This document shows, piece after piece, positions 36,785 through 43,463 of a DNA stretch of 43,463 nt (position 1 is the stretch's first letter; the number at the start of each line of letters is the position of its first letter). Location of the stretch: positions 1-43,463 of the IMG/VR virus record IMGVR_UViG_3300020045_002735, one strand, 5' to 3'. Both the position numbers and the translations under genes were made by a program. Origin of the DNA: a virus (taxonomy: Duplodnaviria; Caudoviricetes). Below the pieces are notes generated by a model. The model searched no databases. It saw nothing but the letters and a program-made list of their open reading frames with translations, and was not told where the DNA came from.

Positions 36785-37243
36785 ATGCAAGAAAATCGCA
36801 AAGTAATTAACCAGTCACAGGCAGTAGCTTTCATGTTGGGAGGAAATGCCTTGTTTACGTTCCGAAACATTGAGTCGGATACGAGATTTACTTTCAAGGT
36901 TTTACAAAACCACAAGAATGAAAATCTGTATGACGTTTCGGTTTTAGTAGGCCCGGATAACACATCAAACTACAGGAAATTCGGAACAATAACTATAGAC
37001 GAAAATGGTATGCCGTTCTTTCGTTCTTTAGGTAGCCATGCTTCCGACAAGTTGTACTGCAAATGGTTTGACAGGATTTTCTTGGATTTGTGTATAGGTA
37101 TTACCTTTCCAAAGCTGGAGATATGGCATTGTGGCAGATGTTGCAAGTGTGGACGTTTACTTACAGTTCCTCGTAGTGTGGATATGGGTATAGGGCCTGA
37201 GTGTGAGAATAAAGTTAACCTTTCAAAATACTCAAATGCTTAA
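36785..37243 (+). CDS. DUF6011-like Zn-binding protein
   Basis: GNALFT, VLVGPDN..NY and GRCCKCGRLLTVP.S...GIGPEC motifs. Confidence 0.8.
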   Translation: MQENRKVINQSQAVAFMLGGNALFTFRNIESDTRFTFKVLQNHKNENLYDVSVLVGPDNTSNYRKFGTITIDENGMPFFRSLGSHASDKLYCKWFDRIFLDLCIGITFPKLEIWHCGRCCKCGRLLTVPRSVDMGIGPECENKVNLSKYSNA

Positions 37244-37397
37244 CGAAGAATATATAATAGTACTTAACGTTATTGAGTATCTTCATGCCATCATTGGCCC
37301 TGAACCTGAAGATAAAGAGTGTAATTTTCTTACTTACGGAGTTAACGGTAAAGAAATTTACACTCAAAATGAAATAAACCAAATACTTTACAATTAA
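37236..37397 (+). CDS. Hypothetical protein (53 aa)
   Basis: ATG 37236 overlaps the end of the upstream gene. Confidence 0.5.
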   Translation: MLNEEYIIVLNVIEYLHAIIGPEPEDKECNFLTYGVNGKEIYTQNEINQILYN

Positions 37398-37407
37398 AAT
37401 TAAGAAT

Positions 37408-37662
37408 ATGAATATCGAACAATTAAGCAAATTTGAGAATGAGTTAGTTAAGGTTTACTTTAAACCTCATGATAAGCGTTATCCAATGTTTGGAAAGATA
37501 GTGAGTTTGAAAGATGGTAATGAACTTGCCAGAAAAGGAATGGTAAGGTTTATAGCAGAAAGGAATCTTGAAGAATGGGACGGTTTTAGCATATCCTCAA
37601 GTAAAATATATGTTGCGGCTGACTTTAAAATTATTGAGTTAAACGGAAAACAATACTTATGA
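37408..37662 (+). CDS. Hypothetical small beta-barrel-like protein
   Basis: ORF track; A-rich start. Confidence 0.65.
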   Translation: MNIEQLSKFENELVKVYFKPHDKRYPMFGKIVSLKDGNELARKGMVRFIAERNLEEWDGFSISSSKIYVAADFKIIELNGKQYL

Positions 37663-38075
37663 GTTTAAGTTCATTATGTAATAATAATACTGCACATTCA
37701 ATAGATTGTGCTAAGCCAGAATGGACTCCAAAATTCAGTCAGCAGACATATACGCAACACACTTGCGGAATCCATGTTATTGCAATGATTACTCATTTGC
37801 CTTATGAGTATATAACAACCGTGTTGCCAAAATTTAAAGGAACTAATCACAAAGAACTTTGTGAAACTCTTTATATGTTGGGATACGATGCAGACTTTGA
37901 ATGGACAAAGTATACTGGACAAACTCTTCCAGAACTTTGTATACTCCATGTGAGAAATCACTGGTGCGTTTACTTTAAAGGTCAAATATGGTGTTCACAT
38001 GGAGACGTTAGATGGACTGTTAAAGAATATGGAAGAGTAAAACATTTTATCAGAGTAACTGTACCAAATGGCTAA
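37659..38075 (+). CDS. Peptidase C39-like (papain-fold) protein
   Basis: QQ.....TCG...IAMI, GTN..EL and HWCVY motifs. Confidence 0.65.
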   Translation: MSLSSLCNNNTAHSIDCAKPEWTPKFSQQTYTQHTCGIHVIAMITHLPYEYITTVLPKFKGTNHKELCETLYMLGYDADFEWTKYTGQTLPELCILHVRNHWCVYFKGQIWCSHGDVRWTVKEYGRVKHFIRVTVPNG

Positions 38076-38613
38076 GAAAAAATCAGCAACACAGATAGCG
38101 GCAGAGTTGGCATATTTCAAGGCTAACAATATTTCATTTGAGGTTAAGCCTCAAAAACAAGGAGTTGCTAAAGTGAAAGCTAATAAACAAGAAGTTGCTC
38201 CTAATCCAAATGGACAGATTTACGGATTTGGTTCTGCAAAGGATTTGGGAATATCAATAAAGTTAATAAGTAAAAATAGGCCAATGGTTCAGTTTTTCAG
38301 TGATAAAGATGTAATTACTACAATTAAAAATAAGTATGAAAGTTTGTTATCAACAATAAACTCTCCATCATTTGTTAGAGAACCTTATGAAATAAAAAGA
38401 TTTATAGAAAAAGAGAATTGCCAAGAAGGGATATGCTACTTTGCCAGAGTTGTTTACGGATGGAGAATATCTGAAACATGGTGGGTAAGAAGATATAGTG
38501 AAGATGGTTTTTGGTGTGAAATACCTGCATTATTGTATACTACAAAAGAATTAATGGAATCAATCTCTTTGAGGATAAAAAACTTAACCGAATTATTAAC
38601 CTTAATTGAATAA
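38068..38613 (+). CDS. Hypothetical protein (181 aa)
   Basis: ORF track. Confidence 0.65.
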   Translation: MAKKKSATQIAAELAYFKANNISFEVKPQKQGVAKVKANKQEVAPNPNGQIYGFGSAKDLGISIKLISKNRPMVQFFSDKDVITTIKNKYESLLSTINSPSFVREPYEIKRFIEKENCQEGICYFARVVYGWRISETWWVRRYSEDGFWCEIPALLYTTKELMESISLRIKNLTELLTLIE

Positions 38614-38614
38614 A

Positions 38615-38878
38615 ATGAGTCGTAAAATTAAAGTTGTATATATTGGATTTAGTTACGGAACTTATCATGCCCAAGATTTGACTGAAGGCAATATACCATC
38701 TATTGAGGATGACTTCTATGAAGTAAGAGAAGATTTGGCACAAACTTGGAATGAAGGAGAATTTTATTCAGAGGATAAAATGGATTTTTCTGTTGAAATA
38801 ACAACTAAAAGAGAGTTTTTACTTGTTCCTTATATAGACCCAAACCAACTCAAATTGTTTAACCCAGAAACTGATTGA
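38615..38878 (+). CDS. Hypothetical acidic protein; start likely ATG 38615
   Basis: ORF track (MSRKIK...), start just after the upstream stop codon. Confidence 0.6.
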   Translation: MSRKIKVVYIGFSYGTYHAQDLTEGNIPSIEDDFYEVREDLAQTWNEGEFYSEDKMDFSVEITTKREFLLVPYIDPNQLKLFNPETD

Positions 38879-38879
38879 T

Positions 38880-39014
38880 ATGAAAATATATAAAGTAATA
38901 ACAGACACTTACCGGCCAGGACCTTATCCTTGCTGGATTGTTTATCACAGAACAAGATGGTATCTGTTTGGATTGTTTCTAACAAAACAAAAACTGGAGG
39001 AAATTAAACAATGA
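38880..39014 (+). CDS. Small protein, 44 aa (MKIYKVITDTYRPGPYPCWIVYHRTRWYLFGLFLTKQKLEEIKQ)
   Basis: Hand translation; fills the gap; ATGA overlap with 39011. Confidence 0.55.
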   Translation: MKIYKVITDTYRPGPYPCWIVYHRTRWYLFGLFLTKQKLEEIKQ

Positions 39015-39304
39015 CATTCGTAATACTCCAGGCCCCAAACAATGGATACTACTGGTTGCTTAGAGCAGCTAAAGATAAACACTTTGAGTGTGTTGACAAA
39101 GGATTTATCGAGATTGCAAGCGGTGAGTTTTATGAAATGCAGGATTTCCTCAAGAATTTGGAGTATGAAATGGCTTACGGGACTGGACAACCAATAATAC
39201 TTTTAAACAAAATAACAGGTGGATATTCTTATTTTTCTGAAGAAAGTCTTCAGTATGTAATGGAATTATCTCCTGATTTTTTAAACGATAAAATTTTTGT
39301 ATGA
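39011..39304 (+). CDS. Hypothetical protein (97 aa)
   Basis: ORF track; coupled to both neighbours. Confidence 0.6.
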   Translation: MTFVILQAPNNGYYWLLRAAKDKHFECVDKGFIEIASGEFYEMQDFLKNLEYEMAYGTGQPIILLNKITGGYSYFSEESLQYVMELSPDFLNDKIFV

Positions 39305-39528
39305 ACCAAGTATTAGCTATAGACAATAGAGGCTCTTTTATTAAAAAAAAGTTTCTAAAAGAAAATGAAATAAATGTTATAATTACTTATAATTGGTTAC
39401 ACACTCAATGTGTAGATAATGTCAAACAATCTTTAGATAAAGATAATCTATATTCAAATTCATTAGTAGCAAGAATTTCTGCAGTTGCACTATTCAAAGT
39501 AAAATTTAAAAATCATGAAAATAATTGA
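39301..39528 (+). CDS. Hypothetical protein (75 aa)
   Basis: ORF track; ATGA coupling. Confidence 0.5.
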   Translation: MNQVLAIDNRGSFIKKKFLKENEINVIITYNWLHTQCVDNVKQSLDKDNLYSNSLVARISAVALFKVKFKNHENN

Positions 39529-40183
39529 ACAAATTAAAAAGTCTTACTATAAGTATTTATCTAAAACTGATAAAGAACCAAACTGTATTACTTTAAACCC
39601 TACTGATTATAAGGAACTTAGAGAAGAAATACGAGCATCAGGCTTAGGGAGTGTTTTTAAGTGTATGGGTATGGATATAAAAGAGTCTTGGATGTTTGAT
39701 AGAGGAAATTTTTTAATATCAAAAGAAGATAATATGAACTACGAATGCACTTGTGATGGAACAAAACCTACTATTTGTAGTTATTGCGAAAAAAGGCATC
39801 GTGAATCGAATAAATGGATTTACTCTTACGATACTTCTCACGAAATGAGAAAATATCTTTCGAGTTTAAAACCAGATATTGAATTAATCTGCAAAGCCTT
39901 TAACTATCCAAGTGAATTATTATCTAGTAACTTAAACCCCGAATATATGACAAATCAATCTTTATTAAAAGGAATTGAATTAGAAAAAGAAATTCGTGAA
40001 GTAAAAGAAAGAATCTCTACATTTGAAAATACTCATGGAGTAGAGTGTGCAGCTTTTAATCACGGATACGGAGAGATTAAAGTGTATAAACAGTTTATTA
40101 ACTTTCCGTCTCTTAAAAAACAGGTTTTAACCTCAATGAAAAAGAGGTTGAACGAACTGGAAAAAGATTTCGCTAAACTTTAA
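39515..40183 (+). CDS. Composite protein: capsid-fragment-like segment, Cys cluster, portal-like motif and coiled coil
   Basis: See findings; in-frame ATGs at 39734 and 39947. Confidence 0.6.
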   Translation: MKIIEQIKKSYYKYLSKTDKEPNCITLNPTDYKELREEIRASGLGSVFKCMGMDIKESWMFDRGNFLISKEDNMNYECTCDGTKPTICSYCEKRHRESNKWIYSYDTSHEMRKYLSSLKPDIELICKAFNYPSELLSSNLNPEYMTNQSLLKGIELEKEIREVKERISTFENTHGVECAAFNHGYGEIKVYKQFINFPSLKKQVLTSMKKRLNELEKDFAKL

Positions 40184-40190
40184 TCAAAAT

Positions 40191-40221
40191 CCGGCCATCT
40201 TCTTTTATTGAGGATGGCCGG
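40191..40221 (+). terminator. GC-rich hairpin (terminator or processing site)
   Basis: CCGGCCATCTTC / GAGGATGGCCGG 12-bp stem; weak U-tract. Confidence 0.6.
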
Positions 40222-40236
40222 CTTAAACTAACTGTC

Positions 40237-40329
40237 ATGAAAAGAGATAACAGCCATATTATTTACTGGTTAATAGCTGCCGCTTTTGCAGCACTAGTAG
40301 CTTTTAACCTTTTAAGAGGAATAAAATGA
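40237..40329 (+). CDS. Tiny membrane peptide, 30 aa (MKRDNSHIIYWLIAAAFAALVAFNLLRGIK)
   Basis: Hand translation; ATGA overlap with 40326. Confidence 0.55.
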   Translation: MKRDNSHIIYWLIAAAFAALVAFNLLRGIK

Positions 40330-40589
40330 AGATAATACCTTGGATTTTATTAGCAATAGTTCTATATGGTATTTGGTATATCCTAAATCACAACGGGTAT
40401 TTCTATTACTATAAATATTTTGACATTTTCAACTATAGAAATCAAACCGATGTAAGGCTTTTTATCTATCGTTACGGAGAAATTAAAGGAATGGACGTTA
40501 TATCTGTAAACTCTTTTGATAAAATAGATTCAGCCAAACAAGTACTTTCTTTGTGGGCTGACACTTTAATACATTACCTCAAAAAGTAA
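40326..40589 (+). CDS. N-terminally anchored membrane protein (87 aa)
   Basis: MKIIPWILLAIVLYGIWYIL hydrophobic N-terminus. Confidence 0.6.
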   Translation: MKIIPWILLAIVLYGIWYILNHNGYFYYYKYFDIFNYRNQTDVRLFIYRYGEIKGMDVISVNSFDKIDSAKQVLSLWADTLIHYLKK

Positions 40590-40593
40590 ATAT

Positions 40594-40773
40594 ATGAAAA
40601 AAATTGAACAAGACATTATCCATTATCAAGACCTTGCTAAACACAGCACAGGTGAACTCAAATTGCTTACATTGCAAACAGTAGATTCGTTGCAAATTCT
40701 AAAACAAGAGATGGAACTAACCGAACTGGATAAACCTGACCACTCTAATCCAGATAAACGATACCAACAATGA
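40594..40773 (+). CDS. Hypothetical protein, 59 aa (MKKIEQDIIHYQDLAK...)
   Basis: Hand translation; ATGA overlap with 40770. Confidence 0.6.
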   Translation: MKKIEQDIIHYQDLAKHSTGELKLLTLQTVDSLQILKQEMELTELDKPDHSNPDKRYQQ

Positions 40774-41051
40774 ACAAGAAACCAATCTCTAAACGCCAAT
40801 TTATTCTTGATTGGTTTAAGAAACAAACTCAATTCGTTGCGTTTACTCAAGGTGTATCATGTGTCCAGCTAACTCAAATAATAATTAAAAAGTACAAACT
40901 TAAAGACAATAAAGCTAAATACTGTGGTGGCGGTGTCAGTACAATTCTTGCAAATTTGGTTAAAACAGGTCATCTCCAGGTTTCACCATTTCGTTCTGGA
41001 GTCAAAGGAGGTAAGATGTATGTACTTCCTCAACCGAAACCACAAAATTAA
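40770..41051 (+). CDS. Winged helix-turn-helix DNA-binding protein
   Basis: RQFILDWF...VSCVQL...VSTILANLVKTGHL.V......GKMYVL pattern. Confidence 0.6.
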   Translation: MNKKPISKRQFILDWFKKQTQFVAFTQGVSCVQLTQIIIKKYKLKDNKAKYCGGGVSTILANLVKTGHLQVSPFRSGVKGGKMYVLPQPKPQN

Positions 41052-41057
41052 AATAAT

Positions 41058-41360
41058 ATGGAGCAAACTAAAGAATTTAGATTTATTGTTAGTAGTAAAT
41101 CAATGTATCGTCATTTGACTGAATACTTATGGAATAACTGGGATGATAAAGGAGATACTATTTTAACAATATCTAATAATAAACTAATGTTTAATAGGTC
41201 TGAAATAAGCCTTGATTGTGAATGTAAAGGAGAAGGAGTTTTTACTGTTGATAGAGATGATATAAAAAGACTCAGAAAGATATGTAAAGCACTTTGTGAA
41301 CAACCTATTTCATTACACTACAATGGCAGATTTAATTTTATAGACAGGCCTTTGATTTGA
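41058..41360 (+). CDS. Protein resembling domain I of the beta sliding clamp (100 aa)
   Basis: FIVSSK.M..HL and G.F.V.......ICKALCEQPISL resemble the Bacteroidota DnaN N-terminus. Confidence 0.55.
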   Translation: MEQTKEFRFIVSSKSMYRHLTEYLWNNWDDKGDTILTISNNKLMFNRSEISLDCECKGEGVFTVDRDDIKRLRKICKALCEQPISLHYNGRFNFIDRPLI

Positions 41361-41424
41361 AATGAATCTAACCTCAACCAAAACCTGATGTTGGGTGAAT
41401 TTTCTGGATTGTCAGCAGTGTATT

Positions 41425-41877
41425 AAATAGCTGATAATCAACACGAAAATTTGTGGTAACACGTGTGGTAATCGAGTGGTAAGATATTTATGTGACTCTT
41501 ACCACACGATAAATAGCTGATTTTCAATGCTTTATTTTTCAAAATATACCATTTGTGGTAGTGTGGTAAGAGAAAAGCCAAAACATTTCATGGAAATTGA
41601 CATAAAAAACGGTTCTTGTAATACTCATAGTCACATTACTTAAGTAATAGTACTAATACTGTATATATTTTCGTAAAATGTATATATATTCGAAAAAAGT
41701 GTTTTTTTCCAGCCTACCACACCTACCACAAACCCGTATAATCGTTTGAAAATCAGCGTTTTGTAGCGTTATCCACACTACCACAAATGTTACCACACCT
41801 ACCACAAATTTTTGTAAGCGATTGATTTGCAGCGATTTGTGGCGGTTTTTCATCTTACCACAAAAAAGTTATCCACA
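41425..41877. repeat. Probable replication origin: TACCACA/TGTGGTA iterons, DnaA boxes, AT-rich core
   Basis: 11 exact heptamers (41452, 41464, 41500, 41554, 41562, 41715, 41724, 41779, 41791, 41800, 41856); TTATCCACA at 41769 and 41869. Confidence 0.8.
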
Positions 41878-41879
41878 AA

Positions 41880-41911
41880 TTTGGAAATGTGGCATCTATG
41901 GGGTACATTGC
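41880..41911 (+). promoter_or_regulatory. Promoter for the operon ending in terS
   Basis: TTTG 41880-83, 20 nt, TACATTGC 41904-11 (a -7 variant). Confidence 0.55.
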
Positions 41912-41916
41912 ATTTT

Positions 41917-42249
41917 ATGAGTATAACCATATTTGATACGGACACTGTAGAGATGATAGCTACAAAAATCTGGGAAAAGTTAAATGTTGGAAGTAGCATA
42001 GATATTTACGGTTGGGCAACTAATGAGATTTCGCAACAGCTATCTCCAGTCGGTGATTTGGTATTAGAGTGGATGAAGCACTTGGATGAGGCTGATAATA
42101 TAATTTATCGTGGTAAGTTGAAGAAAAGACAGAGGCAATTTATATATGAACCAAAATCTATAGGAGGCCCATTAGCACAGAAGATTTTTAAGTTCAATAA
42201 AGTATTTTTAGACAATAACCCAAGAGTAACAATATGGAGAATACAATAA
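41917..42249 (+). CDS. Hypothetical protein (110 aa); start moved to ATG 41917
   Basis: The upstream part of the called ORF overlaps iterons and the promoter. Confidence 0.6.
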   Translation: MSITIFDTDTVEMIATKIWEKLNVGSSIDIYGWATNEISQQLSPVGDLVLEWMKHLDEADNIIYRGKLKKRQRQFIYEPKSIGGPLAQKIFKFNKVFLDNNPRVTIWRIQ

Positions 42250-42458
42250 GTTTCAGCTCGAAGTTCAACCTTCAAATAGTTATCCGATTAGGAGATATTG
42301 ATGATATGGTTAAGATATTGGATAATAACAAATTGCAGTTCACTTACGAGAAAAACGAAGTTGTGAGAATTGGAAGTTTTACTATATATGGTATTGACTT
42401 TAAAAAAGCAAACGCAATAAAGCTACTACTTAAACAAAGTATGATAAAACATTACTAA
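42234..42458 (+). CDS. Hypothetical protein (74 aa)
   Basis: ORF track; TAATG coupling to the next gene. Confidence 0.55.
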   Translation: MENTISFSSKFNLQIVIRLGDIDDMVKILDNNKLQFTYEKNEVVRIGSFTIYGIDFKKANAIKLLLKQSMIKHY

Positions 42459-42814
42459 TGACACATGAACAGTTAATAGCGGCAAGTTTCCAGTGGCATT
42501 GGAACACATTTCCTGAAGAAAGGAGAATGTTGTATGGAGTAAACAACAACGTATCTGCTGGACTATCTAAGCAACAACAAATAACAGAAGGAAATAAGAA
42601 TAAAGCCAAAGGTGTAGTAGCCGGAGTGTTTGATTTTTGTTATCTACCTGTTATGGGTGGAACAGTTTATCTCGATGCTAAAGTTGGTAACGATACTCTT
42701 TCAGACGAACAACTTGATTTTAAGTATAAATGCCATTCTCGAGGAGTACCATGCCACACATTTTCTACCCTTGAGGAATTTCAGCGGTTAATAAAAACCT
42801 ATCAACCTTATTAA
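42458..42814 (+). CDS. VRR-NUC nuclease / Holliday junction resolvase
   Basis: KAKGVVAGVFD, YLDAKV and LSDEQ..F motifs. Confidence 0.82.
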   Translation: MTHEQLIAASFQWHWNTFPEERRMLYGVNNNVSAGLSKQQQITEGNKNKAKGVVAGVFDFCYLPVMGGTVYLDAKVGNDTLSDEQLDFKYKCHSRGVPCHTFSTLEEFQRLIKTYQPY

Positions 42815-42815
42815 A

Positions 42816-43406
42816 ATGAGTCAATCCCTTTGGAAAATAGTAAGTAGCGGCAACATAAAAGTTTATGAGGATGCTAAGGAATTATGGGAAAAAGCAGAAG
42901 CATACTTTGAATGGTGCGACACTAAACCTATAATGAGCAAACGTACACTTCAGTCCGGCAAAGAGGCAGGAAAGAAGGTGGAAATCGAACATACAAGACC
43001 ATACTCCATTAAGGGGTTTTGTCTGTTTACAGGCGTTAATGAGGCTTGGCTAAAGGATATATCTGTATCGAATGGTAAAGACAGTGATTGGTATATGGTA
43101 GTAGAGAAAATAATGTATGTTATCTACAATCAGAACATGGAAGGTGCAATGGTTGACCTGTTTAATCCGATAATGGTAGGAAAGGTGTTGGGACTGGATA
43201 AGCCGGAAGATAATACAGGTAAAGTTACAAGAGTTGAGATAGTGGATTCTGTAAGTAACAAATTATCAAATTCAGAATCTGAAGTTTTGCAAAACCTAAA
43301 TCAGGAAAAGCTGCAAATTGTAAAAGACAAATCTGAAAACTCTAAAAGAGCAATAGACAAATCTGAACATCTGAATGGGAGTGAGGATATTTCTACAGTG
43401 GAGTAG
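42816..43406 (+). CDS. terS: Terminase small subunit (P22 gp3-like, GP3_package)
   Basis: ELWEKAEAYFEWCD, RPYSIKGFCLFTGV and IYNQNMEGA...LFNP motifs. Confidence 0.85.
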   Translation: MSQSLWKIVSSGNIKVYEDAKELWEKAEAYFEWCDTKPIMSKRTLQSGKEAGKKVEIEHTRPYSIKGFCLFTGVNEAWLKDISVSNGKDSDWYMVVEKIMYVIYNQNMEGAMVDLFNPIMVGKVLGLDKPEDNTGKVTRVEIVDSVSNKLSNSESEVLQNLNQEKLQIVKDKSENSKRAIDKSEHLNGSEDISTVE

Positions 43407-43463
43407 TTGTATGTGCGGACTGGTAGTACATGGCATTGCTCAATACCTTTTTATTGTGGGTAC

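Larger units (their letters stand above)
1..43463 (+). mobile_element. Tailed phage genome (siphovirus-like, probable Bacteroidota host), permuted between terS and terL
   Basis: Complete packaging, head, tail, lysis and replication modules in one orientation; terS at the window end and terL near the start; no host genes at either end. Confidence 0.95.

Noticed and set aside
2787-40850. Numerous 60-120 aa minus-strand and out-of-frame ORFs inside long genes
   Set aside because: Nested in well-supported plus-strand genes, with no motifs or promoters
41452-41862. CRISPR array, or coding ORFs 41653..41853 and the 41827 extension
   Set aside because: Repeats are 7-mers in both orientations with irregular short spacing, which fits iterons; the ORFs are translated repeats
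1-43463. Alternative genetic code or stop-codon readthrough
   Set aside because: Genes are full length and tightly packed under the standard code; the tRNA is not a suppressor

Overview
Near-complete, circularly permuted genome (~43.5 kb, AT-rich, essentially all real genes on +) of a siphovirus-type tailed phage. The host is very likely Bacteroidota: promoters are TTTG-N19-21-TAnnTTTG, starts are A-rich without Shine-Dalgarno sites, it has a BT4734/VirE primase, and its signal peptides are cleaved before Gln. Gene order: small ORFs, terL, HK97-type portal, protease and capsid, neck and tail, tape measure, Ig-bearing hub, fibre cassette, lysis, Bet/exonuclease/SSB, a degenerate tRNA, DNA methyltransferase, SF2 helicase, primase-helicase, many small early genes, an iteron/DnaA-box origin, VRR-NUC and terS. 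No integrase or repressor was recognised. The most striking signal is that several proteins resembling virion decoration or tail-fibre parts carry Sec signal peptides of the Bacteroidota Q-rule type. The exported proteins split into ones packed with the host O-glycosylation sequon D-[ST]-[AILVMT] and a 1259-aa fibre that completely avoids D-[ST]. This suggests a periplasmic, host-glycosylation-aware route for virion accessory proteins. Other candidates: a protein with capsid-like and portal-like fragments, a single-domain beta-clamp homologue beside the origin, a KTSC-SSB fusion, 11-bp-phased TTAAC boxes at three early promoters, and a duplicated ~100-bp gyrase-site-like element. All family calls are by-eye motif recognition and counts are hand counts; no searches were run.
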